32,000 nucleotides of DNA from Nanoarchaeum equitans Kin4-M. Lineage in GTDB: Archaea; Nanobdellota; Nanobdellia; Nanobdellales; Nanoarchaeaceae. The translations under genes were made by a program, and so were the position numbers. Where the stretch lies: the NCBI GenBank assembly GCA_000008085.1, contig AE017199.1:300001-332000 (forward strand). Direction: 5' to 3'. Positions within the stretch are counted from its first letter, which is position 1. Every line of letters starts with the position of its first letter. Below, one piece after another: positions 9,033-17,693 of this stretch. The notes under the pieces are model-generated. The model did not search any database, was not told the DNA's origin, and saw nothing but the letters and a program-made list of their open reading frames with translations.

Positions 9033-9662
9033 ATGTATACTATAGCTAACTCTATCGCTTATGCTATAATTTTCCTATTTTTGATCCCCTATTTATTATA
9101 TAAACTTGGGATAGATGTTGAAAAAGAAACAACAAAGTTTTTTCCGTTAATATTAAGTTTTTTGTTCATAAGGGTTTTTGTTGATATTAATTTGTTGCCC
9201 AATACTTTTTTTACTGTTACTCCAGGGGTTTGGATTTTGGGGATAATAACCTATTTTATTGCAAGGAAAATCCCTATAATACAATGGGTTTTATTTTTTG
9301 CAACATTGTTCGTTTATGCTTTTTATGTTAATATTGATATAAAAGTTTTGGTTTTGTTGCTATATTTTTTTGGTTTGTCTTTAATAATATTGTGTCCTGT
9401 ATTTTTAATAGACAAAAAAATTGCTTTGGCACATTCTTTAGATATCGCAACCACTTTTGTGGGTTTAACCTATTTAGGATTAAAAGAGAAACATGTTTTG
9501 TCTTCTCTAATTGGAGAGCCATTTTTTATTGGATTCTTTAAAATGGTTGTATTATATGTATTATTAAAAACCTACAACAAACCATACATAAGGGCTTCGA
9601 TTTTTGTTTTAGGTTTATTAACAGGGGGGAGAAACTTTTTGATAGAAATAGCTTTAAAATAG
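9033..9662 (+). CDS. DUF63-like archaeal polytopic membrane protein
   Basis: 209 aa, multiple TM segments, ALAHSLDIATTFVGL motif. Confidence 0.6.
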   Translation: MYTIANSIAYAIIFLFLIPYLLYKLGIDVEKETTKFFPLILSFLFIRVFVDINLLPNTFFTVTPGVWILGIITYFIARKIPIIQWVLFFATLFVYAFYVNIDIKVLVLLLYFFGLSLIILCPVFLIDKKIALAHSLDIATTFVGLTYLGLKEKHVLSSLIGEPFFIGFFKMVVLYVLLKTYNKPYIRASIFVLGLLTGGRNFLIEIALK

Positions 9663-9679
9663 CTTTTAATAGCCGAAAT

Positions 9680-9751
9680 GGGCCCGTAGTCTAGGGGGAA
9701 GACGCCGGGTTCGGGTCCCGGAGATCGCGGGTTCGAATCCCGCCGGGCCCA
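9680..9751 (+). tRNA. tRNA-Pro (CGG)
   Basis: Acceptor GGGCCCG/CGGGCCC, anticodon stem CCGGG/CCCGG with loop TTCGGGT, T-arm GCGGG-TTCGAAT-CCCGC. Confidence 0.92.
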
Positions 9752-9788
9752 GATATTTTTATAAATTATATTTATGTAATAGTAGTTA

Positions 9789-11573
9789 ATGAACTGGCCG
9801 TATTGGCTGGATTTCAAAGAGCCATACCAAAATGAGAAAGGGGAATGGGTGTGCCCATATTGTAAGGAAACTTTCCCTACTAAAGAAGATGCTTATCCTA
9901 GATTAATTATGACTTTAGGCAGTTACCAAAGATTATATAGAGAGTATCCCGATTTGAGAACTTTCCTTGAAGAACAATGGCGCTCTTCTGATGGACATCC
10001 CTGCCCCCAATTTACTAGATATTTCTGGAAAAGATATAATGAAAGATGGAAAGATATAGAAATAAAATCAAGGCTTTCTGAGGAATCTCAATCAACAGAG
10101 GAAATTGAGAAAAAAGAAGGGATTATCAATGATGCATTAGAAACAGTTAGGCGCATATCTCCTGTAGAAAGAAAACCGATGCATAGCCCAACAACAAAAA
10201 TAGAAAAGAAGAAAGGGAATAGAAAATATGAAAAGAGAAAAGCTGAGAAGAAAGTAGAAGAGGGGAAAGTTGTTTACGAGAGTGCTGGTATTTCAAAAGC
10301 AGTAATAGCAATAGCAGTAGCATTAGCAGCAGTAGTAGGTTTTGTTATACTTAACAATGAACTTCATATTAGCGATAAGATACTTAAATACTATAGCGTT
10401 TTAAATAAAAACAAAAGCGTTGCAAAAATTGAACATAAGATGGATATAGAGGATGTAAAAATATATCCAAGCGAAAATATTGAAGAACAATATTCTGAAA
10501 ATGATAAATATCCCGAATGTGATGAATACGGAGAAAACAGCAATTATCCCCATATAATACCAGCTTGTAATTACAAAGGACACATCTCGATAGTGCGCTT
10601 TTTCTTATTAGGAGATAGGTGGTACAGTATTAAACTAAATATTAGCAAATCTATATACTATGGCGCAAAAAATGGTTTTAAAAGTTATCGTTATTATTGT
10701 ATAGGCGATGCTTGTATAGAAGAAAAAGATTGGGAAACCAAATATTATAAAGCATTTATTTTCGACCCCCATCAAAAAGACATATTCAAAGCAATTATAC
10801 GACAATTAGATTTATATTCATGGAGGGATGAGAATAGGTTTGTAGAGCTAGCTACATCTTTTGTACAGAACATTCCTTATGATTATGATAAATACTATAA
10901 CAAATCAGGAAATACAAGATTTCCAGTTGAAGTTTTAGTGGATAATAAAGGAGTGTGCGGAGAAAAATCCCTTCTATTAGCAGGAATATTAGCATATGCT
11001 GGCTATGATGTAGTATTATTTGAATTCAAAAAGGAAAACCATATGGCAGTAGGCATAAAATGCCCATGTAAGAATACTTTCCGAGGTACAGGATATTGCT
11101 ATATAGAATCAACAAGCCTTACCCCTATAGGGTATGTTCCAGAAGAATTTATAGGTGGAATAAAACTAAGAAGTAAACCCAAAATAATAAAAGTATCCGA
11201 TGGAACAAAAATGTATACTAATTGTAAGTATATCGATTACCCTCCCACGTATTATAAAAATGAAATAATAGAAAAAGTAAGAAACTATCTAGAAAGCAAT
11301 TATGATTTGGTTTACGAGGAAGAGTTAACTAGAAGTATAGGAAAAAAATATTTGCCTCCTGGGTACACCTCTGGTACTACATGGAGAATCCCTATTAAAG
11401 GAGGGCATCCAGATTTTATATTAGCAAATTTCATAAAATGCCATGTAAAAGGGAAATGTGATAAAAATAGATCAAAAGGATTAGATGAAAGTTTAAGTAG
11501 ATATCACTATTTTGGGGTAGACATAATTGAGGAAGGTGGAAAATACTATTTAACCTTATTATTAGCAAATTAG
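9789..11573 (+). CDS. Membrane protein: N-terminal CPYC zinc-finger-like region, one TM helix, extracytoplasmic transglutaminase-like domain
   Basis: 594 aa; WVCPYCKETFPTKEDA, charged linker, TM AVIAIAVALAAVVGFVIL, then NKGVCGEKSLLLAGILAYAGYDVVLFEFKKENHMAVGI and CYIEST (Cys/His core pattern). Confidence 0.65.
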   Translation: MNWPYWLDFKEPYQNEKGEWVCPYCKETFPTKEDAYPRLIMTLGSYQRLYREYPDLRTFLEEQWRSSDGHPCPQFTRYFWKRYNERWKDIEIKSRLSEESQSTEEIEKKEGIINDALETVRRISPVERKPMHSPTTKIEKKKGNRKYEKRKAEKKVEEGKVVYESAGISKAVIAIAVALAAVVGFVILNNELHISDKILKYYSVLNKNKSVAKIEHKMDIEDVKIYPSENIEEQYSENDKYPECDEYGENSNYPHIIPACNYKGHISIVRFFLLGDRWYSIKLNISKSIYYGAKNGFKSYRYYCIGDACIEEKDWETKYYKAFIFDPHQKDIFKAIIRQLDLYSWRDENRFVELATSFVQNIPYDYDKYYNKSGNTRFPVEVLVDNKGVCGEKSLLLAGILAYAGYDVVLFEFKKENHMAVGIKCPCKNTFRGTGYCYIESTSLTPIGYVPEEFIGGIKLRSKPKIIKVSDGTKMYTNCKYIDYPPTYYKNEIIEKVRNYLESNYDLVYEEELTRSIGKKYLPPGYTSGTTWRIPIKGGHPDFILANFIKCHVKGKCDKNRSKGLDESLSRYHYFGVDIIEEGGKYYLTLLLAN

Positions 11574-11819
11574 CTATTTCATTTTAAGATAGCTTTTTAT
11601 ATATTCCAACAAAAGCTTTATGTCATTTATCTCATTTTTTATATAGTTTATCTCTTTTATTAGATTTTCTATTAGTTGTTTCTCAGAATCTTGCTTTTCT
11701 AATATAGATTCAATTTTTTTATTTAGTGTATCTATTTTTTCTTCTAATGATTTGCCATTCTCTTCAATTTTTTTATAAACATCTTCGATAGTTATCTTTT
11801 TGCTATCAAATAGCCCCAT
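11574..11819 (-). CDS. Small coiled-coil protein, unknown function
   Basis: 81 aa, heptad-rich; abuts the preceding stop. Confidence 0.45.
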   Translation of the reverse strand: MGLFDSKKITIEDVYKKIEENGKSLEEKIDTLNKKIESILEKQDSEKQLIENLIKEINYIKNEINDIKLLLEYIKSYLKMK

Positions 11820-11846
11820 TTTTATTTTGTTATTATTTGTTAATAA

Positions 11847-12266
11847 ATGATTGAGCGTAAGCTTAAGAGGGGTTTAAGATTAGCCAAATTTAAAGAAACA
11901 AAAATACTAATTTACGACCAATTCTCTAAAAATATATATGAAATGTTAAAACCTATTTATGAAAAGTCCAGAAAAAAACTTATCCCTATAGAAGGGGAAT
12001 TCGATTTAAATTTTGATGGATATATTCCCATAGGTACAGAGGAAGTAGTAGCATATATGTATAAAAGTTTTTTCGAAGACATTCCATTTAATAAAAAATT
12101 AGTTTATGACAACCCAGCAGTATTTGTTAGATATAAAGATTTCAATATGGAAATGCCCATGCTTTTTGGAAATGCCTCTTTTTTTGTGAAAAAGCTAATA
12201 GAAAGAAGAGAGAAAACTGTGTATGCATCTCTTAGGTCTTTGTTAGATTTGATTGATCTTATTTAA
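11847..12266 (+). CDS. Hypothetical protein
   Basis: 139 aa intact ORF, compact-genome context; no family recognised. Confidence 0.5.
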   Translation: MIERKLKRGLRLAKFKETKILIYDQFSKNIYEMLKPIYEKSRKKLIPIEGEFDLNFDGYIPIGTEEVVAYMYKSFFEDIPFNKKLVYDNPAVFVRYKDFNMEMPMLFGNASFFVKKLIERREKTVYASLRSLLDLIDLI

Positions 12267-12537
12267 CACAAATTATTTCTCTTTCTATCCACATAGACCC
12301 ACATCTAGGACATTTAGTGGGGTTTAGCCTATCAAATACAAACCCGCATTTTTTGCATTGGGCTTTGTATATTTTGATTTTTTTACCTTTCCTTTTTAGA
12401 ATTTTTATCGATTTTTCTAATAGTTTGTATGCTAGTTTCAAATCTATATCTAAGGTTTTAGCTAAATGTTCTATACTAATGCAATTTCCATCTATTGCCT
12501 CTATGAATTCTTGTAATGTTATATTGTGCCTCAACAA
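12259..12537 (-). CDS. HTH + C-terminal zinc ribbon transcriptional-regulator-like protein
   Basis: SIEHLAKTLDIDLKLAYKLLEK HTH-like; CKKCGFVFDRLNPTKCPRCGS ribbon. Confidence 0.7.
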   Translation of the reverse strand: MLRHNITLQEFIEAIDGNCISIEHLAKTLDIDLKLAYKLLEKSIKILKRKGKKIKIYKAQCKKCGFVFDRLNPTKCPRCGSMWIEREIICVK

Positions 12538-12582
12538 AATTGCTATGTTATATTCTTTAAAGCCTTTTTGCTTAAAATAAAA

Positions 12583-13245
12583 ATGAAGTTTTTTGAGAAC
12601 TCTATAAAATTGGGTAAAAACTTAATAATAAGCGATATCCATTTAGGATTGGAAGACACATATAACATAGCAGGGAACCAAATACCCATATTGGTAGAAA
12701 AGCTAATAGATAAAATAATAGAATTGCAAGAAAAAACCAAAACTAAAAGGCTAATAATTAATGGAGATTTAAAGCATAGCTTTTCTCCAATAAAAGAAGA
12801 GTTTATAGTTTTGGATTATTTTTTCAAAAGGTTAGGCGATTATTTCAACGATTTTATTATTATTAAGGGCAACCACGATACCGGTATAGATTGGTTATCC
12901 AAATATGGCGATGTTTTGGAATATAAAAAATTGTATGGCTACACAATTACACATGGGCATAAAAAAATAGAGGGGAAAAAATTTATTATAGGACATGAAC
13001 ACCCAATTTTAAAGCTTAGAGATGAAGTAGGTGCTACTATTAGAGTGAAAACCTTTTTGGTTAGCGATAATGTTATAGTATTGCCTGCATTTAGCCCTTG
13101 GTCTTATGGGAATGATATATTGCAACATACTGTAAGCCCGTATACAAAAAATATCGAAAATTTTAGAGCTTTAGTTTATTTAGATGGGGAATTATTGGAT
13201 TTCGGTAGAATTAGTGAAATATTAAAAGCGATTAAATCTTTTTGA
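12583..13245 (+). CDS. Calcineurin-like metallophosphoesterase (archaeal)
   Basis: LIISDIHLGLED, INGDLKH, IKGNHD, THGHKK, GHEHP motifs. ORF track starts at 12526; the internal ATG MKFFENSIKLGKNL at 12583 fits the domain better. Confidence 0.85.
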   Translation: MKFFENSIKLGKNLIISDIHLGLEDTYNIAGNQIPILVEKLIDKIIELQEKTKTKRLIINGDLKHSFSPIKEEFIVLDYFFKRLGDYFNDFIIIKGNHDTGIDWLSKYGDVLEYKKLYGYTITHGHKKIEGKKFIIGHEHPILKLRDEVGATIRVKTFLVSDNVIVLPAFSPWSYGNDILQHTVSPYTKNIENFRALVYLDGELLDFGRISEILKAIKSF

Positions 13246-13666
13246 ATTTTCCAGGTTCGTATTCATATATTTCTCCCCTAGCTAATAGTTTTTGTATATG
13301 CTTTTTTGCTTCTTCTCCAAATACTTTTACTATTTGCTCTAAAGTAGCACCATCATTTATATCGATGTATTCCAAAATTTTGTTTCGCAAATCTCTATCC
13401 TCTTGTTCTATGTGCTCTTTTAAATATTCGTATAATTGTTTGGATATTTTCCCCATTCCATCAACGAAAATTATGTCTTCTCCTACTTTGCCTGCAACCA
13501 ATACATAATCTCCAATATCTACATCTGCTTTCCTTGGATAGCATTTAATAGTTTCGGTTCCATCATCTATTAAAATATAATCGTTCCTCTCTATACAAAT
13601 ACCCGCTATTAAAACTTTTTCCCCTATTTTATTTTTAGCAACTTCTATAGGGTATAATTTATACAT
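13232..13666 (-). CDS. OB-fold + winged-helix protein (RPA32-like)
   Basis: GICIERNDYILIDDGTETIKCYPRKADVDIGDYVLVAGKV OB-fold pattern and C-terminal LEQIVKVFGEEAKKHIQKLLARGEIYEYEPGKFK wHTH. Confidence 0.6.
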   Translation of the reverse strand: MYKLYPIEVAKNKIGEKVLIAGICIERNDYILIDDGTETIKCYPRKADVDIGDYVLVAGKVGEDIIFVDGMGKISKQLYEYLKEHIEQEDRDLRNKILEYIDINDGATLEQIVKVFGEEAKKHIQKLLARGEIYEYEPGKFKKI

Positions 13667-13932
13667 TATTTGCTGTATTCTAAGGGCCTAGCTTCTATTT
13701 CGGTTTCTCTCAACATTAATATATCGCCAACTCTAACTGGACCTTTTACGTTTCTTCTTATTAATCTTCCTGCGTCTTTGCCTTCTAAGATTTCAACTAT
13801 AACCTGGGTTACTTCTCCAGTAGTTCCTGTTCTTCCTACTATCTCTACAACCCTCGCTGGGTAAGCCTTAGACCAAATAACAGTATCGCCTTTTACAACA
13901 TTAGTTGGTATATCCTCTCTTTTCTCGGCCAT
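13666..13932 (-). CDS. rps28e: Ribosomal protein eS28
   Basis: [51 protein letters not shown]. Confidence 0.95.
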   Translation of the reverse strand: MAEKREDIPTNVVKGDTVIWSKAYPARVVEIVGRTGTTGEVTQVIVEILEGKDAGRLIRRNVKGPVRVGDILMLRETEIEARPLEYSK

Positions 13933-13981
13933 TCGTATTACTATAACTATATTTTTAAAACCTTAATGTAAGGCCTACAAA

Positions 13982-14698
13982 ATGGGTAAGGTTAGACTAT
14001 TAGTACAAAGAAGGGGTAGAGGTTCTCCAACATTTAGAAGCCCAACCCATAGAGCTGCTGGAAAAGTTAAAATACCAACCTTTGATGGGGATTTAGTAAA
14101 AGGAAAAGTTGTTGCTTTGATTAAGGATTCTATCCATTATGCTCCATTGATGGTTGTAAAATGGGAAAACGGAGCCCAATCATTATTGCCAGCCCCATTG
14201 GGAATATCTGTAGGGGATACTGTATACTATGGGAAAGAAGCCCCTAATGCAATAGGTTCAATAAAACCATTAAGCGAAATACCTGAAGGTACTAAAATAT
14301 ATATGTTAGAGAACAACCCAGGAGATGGAGGTAAATTAGTAAGAGCTAGCGGAGATTTCGCTTTATTGGTACAAAAATTAGGAGACAAAGTTATAGTCCA
14401 ATTACCAAGTGGGCAGTTTAAAACACTAAGCGCAAATGCCAGAGCTGTTATTGGTGTAATCGCAGGAGGAGGTAGAAAAGAAAAACCATTCGTTAAAGCT
14501 GGTAATAAATATTATTGGGCTTCCTCTAGAAATAGACATTGGCCTGTAGTCAATGGAGTTAAAAAGAACGCTTCCGACCATCCATTTGGAGGTAAAAGGC
14601 ATTCAAACCATTCCAAGCCATTCACAGTATCTAAATGGGCACCACCAGGAAGGAAAGTTGGTTATATTGGAGCTAGAAAAACGGGTAGAGGGAAGTAG
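13982..14698 (+). CDS. rpl2: Ribosomal protein uL2
   Basis: GRGSPTFRSPTHRAAG..., NHPFGGKRHSN-type NASDHPFGGKRHSNHSKPFTVSKWAPPGRKVGYIGARKTGRGK. Confidence 0.96.
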   Translation: MGKVRLLVQRRGRGSPTFRSPTHRAAGKVKIPTFDGDLVKGKVVALIKDSIHYAPLMVVKWENGAQSLLPAPLGISVGDTVYYGKEAPNAIGSIKPLSEIPEGTKIYMLENNPGDGGKLVRASGDFALLVQKLGDKVIVQLPSGQFKTLSANARAVIGVIAGGGRKEKPFVKAGNKYYWASSRNRHWPVVNGVKKNASDHPFGGKRHSNHSKPFTVSKWAPPGRKVGYIGARKTGRGK

Positions 14699-15971
14699 AC
14701 AAAATTTTTGCTATAGAAAACAAATAGCTTTCATTAAAATGGTTTGCTATAAATTGCGCTCCTATGAATTTGTCTATTGGGTATGACATATGTGGGAGCC
14801 CTGCTAAATTAGGAGGTACCGTTAATATATCCATTCTATAAATATTTATAGGTTTTAAGCTTTCCAATTCTTTAAACTTTGGAGGCAATATAGGCATTGT
14901 TGGTGTTAATAGCAAATCGAATTTTTTGAATAATCTTTTATACTCTTCTATAACCTTTTTCCTCCCTATTAGAGCTTTTTCATAGTATTTGCCTTTGAAT
15001 CCTTTGGTTCTTACCAAAGTGCCAACTAATATTCTTCTTTTGGTTTCTTCACAAAATAATTCTCTAGATTCCATATAGAATTCATCATAATGTTTGCCTT
15101 TTGGGTTTACACTATAGCCAAACAATATATTTCCATACCTCGCTAAATTAGTAGAGGCTTCGGCCATGGCTATAATATAATAACTAGCTAAAGCTATATC
15201 AAATAATGGGAACTCTATTTCTTCTATTTTGTATTCTTTTTCCAACTCGCTAACGAAATTGTAAAAAGCCTTTTCTATTTTTTCATCAACATCTACTCTT
15301 ATTACTCCAATAGTGAATTTTTTATCTATATATTTTATAGGCTCTTTCAATCCAACATTTGTTTGATCCCTTGGATCGGGTTTGGCTATTATCTCTAATA
15401 CCTTTTTCATATAATCTATGTTAGTGCCCATTACTCCTATTTTATCTAAAGAATTGGCATAATCTATTAATCCATATCTCGATACTAAACCATAAGTGGG
15501 GGTAATACCAATTACCGAATTAAAAGCTGCAGGATTGGATATAGATCCCCCGGTAGATACAGCTATCGCAACATGGTTATCATATTTTTTATTGAACAAA
15601 GCTGTAAATGCTCCAGCTCCTGAGGAAGAGCCCCCAGCAACCCTATTTGGGTCTAAAGCGTTTCTCGCAACTTTAATACAACTATTTACACCAAAACTAC
15701 CAAAACCAAATTCGTCCATAGCAGTTTTTCCAATAATTAGGGCATTGGCCTTTTTTAATTGTTCGCTAACAAAGGAATCATAGGGAGGGATATAATCTTC
15801 TAACATCTTACTACCAGCAGTAGTTCTAAGGTTTTTTGTAACAATATTATCTTTTATAGTAACAATAAAAGAAGGGTTTTCTATAAGCTCATTATTAAAA
15901 GTAATTATTGAGTTGGTTTTCTCATCTACTTTCTTTGCATATTCCATTATTTGCTCTACATCCATGGGCAT
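14673..15971 (-). CDS. gatA: Glutamyl-tRNA(Gln)/aspartyl amidotransferase subunit A
   Basis: Amidase signature GKTAMDEFGFGSFG...NRVAGGSSSGAGA...VSTGGSISNPAAFNSVIGITPTYGLVSRYGLIDYANSLDKIG. Confidence 0.9.
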   Translation of the reverse strand: MPMDVEQIMEYAKKVDEKTNSIITFNNELIENPSFIVTIKDNIVTKNLRTTAGSKMLEDYIPPYDSFVSEQLKKANALIIGKTAMDEFGFGSFGVNSCIKVARNALDPNRVAGGSSSGAGAFTALFNKKYDNHVAIAVSTGGSISNPAAFNSVIGITPTYGLVSRYGLIDYANSLDKIGVMGTNIDYMKKVLEIIAKPDPRDQTNVGLKEPIKYIDKKFTIGVIRVDVDEKIEKAFYNFVSELEKEYKIEEIEFPLFDIALASYYIIAMAEASTNLARYGNILFGYSVNPKGKHYDEFYMESRELFCEETKRRILVGTLVRTKGFKGKYYEKALIGRKKVIEEYKRLFKKFDLLLTPTMPILPPKFKELESLKPINIYRMDILTVPPNLAGLPHMSYPIDKFIGAQFIANHFNESYLFSIAKILSTSLYPFF

Positions 15972-15991
15972 AAATAAGCAAAATATTAAAA

Positions 15992-16046
15992 AATCAGCAG
16001 CGGCAGAAACTCTTCACTAATCATGGCTCAAGACCTTCATCATCCA
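15992..16046 (-). ncRNA. C/D-box sRNA candidate; D' guide matches tRNA-Leu(CAA) anticodon loop
   Basis: Minus strand: C GATGATGA (16044-16037), guide AGGTCTTGAGCC, D' ATGA (16024-16021), C' GTGAAGA (16017-16011), guide GTTTCTGCCGCTG, D CTGA (15997-15994). Confidence 0.82.
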
Positions 16047-16075
16047 ATTAATAAATAAAAATCCATTTAAAAAAT

Positions 16076-16846
16076 ATGGATCCTGAAAAGACCGCTATAG
16101 TATACAAATTTGCCCAGCAAGTTTATGAAAAATTAGGCATTCTATTAAAAGCAGTAATATTGTTTGGTTCTGCAGCGGAAGAAAAAGATAAAGAACAAAG
16201 TGATTTGGATGTTTTACTAATATTAGATGATTTAGCAACAGATTGGGAAATGGTAAAACCAGTAATAGAGAAATATTTAGATTCTTTACTAAAAAAGGAA
16301 GAATTTAGCAAAATACATCTAAATGCTGTGACATTATCTTTCTTTTGGAGAGCAATAATTAAAAGAGATCCAATAGCTATTAATATTATTAGGGTAGGAA
16401 TTCCTATTTTTGATAGCGGTTTCTTTAGCCCATTGAAAAAACTATTGAGTACCGGTTTATTGGGCCCAACAAGAGAAACTATTTTGGATTATGCTAATAA
16501 AGTTGAATATGATTATGGTTCTTATTTGGGATATAAAATTAAAGCTTTGGAATTTTTGTATTGGGTTTTTACCCATAGCGCGCAAGCAGCTATTATGTTA
16601 TTGTATAATGAAATACCCCCTCCAAAATATGTTCCTATGTATCTTAAAAAAATGGAAAACGAAAAAATTATTCCTAAACCTTATGCAAAATGGTATGAAG
16701 AAATATATTCACTAATAAAAAAGATCTCACATGGAGAAATAACAAATTTTGATTCTTGTTTATTAGACAAATGGGAAAAAAGGGCAAAAACTTTCGCTAA
16801 GAAAATGGAAGAGATTATATCTAAAAATCTTAAAAAGGCCCTATAA
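16076..16846 (+). CDS. Minimal nucleotidyltransferase-domain protein with helical C-terminal region
   Basis: LFGSAAEEKDKEQSDLDVLLIL (GS-x10-DxD). Confidence 0.75.
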   Translation: MDPEKTAIVYKFAQQVYEKLGILLKAVILFGSAAEEKDKEQSDLDVLLILDDLATDWEMVKPVIEKYLDSLLKKEEFSKIHLNAVTLSFFWRAIIKRDPIAINIIRVGIPIFDSGFFSPLKKLLSTGLLGPTRETILDYANKVEYDYGSYLGYKIKALEFLYWVFTHSAQAAIMLLYNEIPPPKYVPMYLKKMENEKIIPKPYAKWYEEIYSLIKKISHGEITNFDSCLLDKWEKRAKTFAKKMEEIISKNLKKAL

Positions 16847-16876
16847 TTTTTAAAATAGACCTATATTTAATCGAGT

Positions 16877-17149
16877 ATGCCAGAGGTATTCATCGGGAAA
16901 AAGCCATTAACCAATTATGTAATGGCAGTAGTAATGCAATTCATGCAAGGCGCAAACGAAGTAGTAATAAAAGCAAGAGGTAGAAACATTTCTAGAGCAG
17001 TAGATGTAGCAGAAAGAGTAAGAAAAAGATTCTTAGCTGGCCAAGTAGATGTTGGAGACATAAAAATTGATTCTGAAGAAGTAGTAGACCCAGCAACAGG
17101 ACAAAAAAGGACAGTATCAACAATAGAAATAAAATTAGTTAAGAAATAA
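16877..17149 (+). CDS. albA: Alba family nucleic-acid-binding protein
   Basis: [50 protein letters not shown]. Confidence 0.95.
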   Translation: MPEVFIGKKPLTNYVMAVVMQFMQGANEVVIKARGRNISRAVDVAERVRKRFLAGQVDVGDIKIDSEEVVDPATGQKRTVSTIEIKLVKK

Positions 17150-17150
17150 A

Positions 17151-17390
17151 TTATTTCTTTAGATCAACGAACGCTGTATCTCCTTCTTTCGTTACTACTA
17201 TTGTAAATTTGGTTGGTGGTTTTCTTCCACCTCTTTTCCATATGAATTTATTTAGCTCTTGGCTAATTTTTACTATTTTCGCTTTTGTGTGTCTCATTAC
17301 AAACTCTTTTAATGCCTTTACCGCCTTTTTTGTTCTTTTAAACCTAGAAGTAACTAATACAGCTTTTCTTAAATTTACAGTATATTCCAT
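17151..17390 (-). CDS. rpl31e: Ribosomal protein eL31
   Basis: YTVNLRKAVLVTSRFKRTKKAVKALKEFVMRHTKAKIVKISQELNKFIWKRGGRKPPTKF. Confidence 0.92.
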   Translation of the reverse strand: MEYTVNLRKAVLVTSRFKRTKKAVKALKEFVMRHTKAKIVKISQELNKFIWKRGGRKPPTKFTIVVTKEGDTAFVDLKK

Positions 17391-17419
17391 TTAGGAAAAA
17401 ACAAAGACTATTTAAAATT

Positions 17420-17659
17420 TTATATAGTGCTCAAAGCTTTTATTAGTTTCATAATATCTTGGTTTTGCTTTTTCATTGCTTCCTCATAATTCTTTTTCAA
17501 CTGTTTATACTGTTTTATTAGTTTAATTATATCATTTACACTATTAGCTTGGTCAGTTTTATTAATTATAGAAACCGCTTCACCTCTTAATACTTTCGAA
17601 GTAACATCATCGATAATGTTTTCCTCTATTTGAGGATAAATAATATAGTTTATTGATTT
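17420..17659 (-). pseudogene. Truncated tandem copy of the C-terminal part of the adjacent coiled-coil protein; no ATG before about codon 59
   Basis: Open frame stop-to-stop: KSINYIIYPQIEENIIDDVTSKVLRGEAVSIINKTDQANSVNDIIKLIKQYKQLKKNYEEAMKKQNQDIMKLIKALSTI*, similar to SLGEILKLIREYKQLKKAFEEAKEKQKQMLKQLLKEL of the 17694..18866 product. Confidence 0.65.
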
Positions 17660-17693
17660 TTAGCTAACAAAGTTTAATACTATTAAAAAGTTA

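Noticed and set aside
8963-9751. Hypothesis that the tRNA 5' half at 8963 is joined through a very long intron to a 3' exon near 9751
   Set aside because: The structure at 9680-9751 is a complete tRNA-Pro with its own matching acceptor (GGGCCCG/CGGGCCC); it does not pair with GGGCCGG, and an intact DUF63-like gene lies between.
9572-9817. 81-aa minus-strand ORF containing NIWARRDSNPRSPGPEPGVFPLDYG
   Set aside because: This is the antisense translation of tRNA-Pro and flanks; a classic tRNA-derived false ORF.
14553-14786. 77-aa ORF overlapping the end of rpl2
   Set aside because: Out-of-frame reading of the conserved uL2 C-terminus; no independent support.
16076-16846. Nucleotidyltransferase-domain gene as part of a toxin-antitoxin or defense module
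   Set aside because: No separate HEPN partner, effector or mobile context; neighbours are an sRNA, gatA and alba. It may be a housekeeping or orphan MNT-type enzyme.
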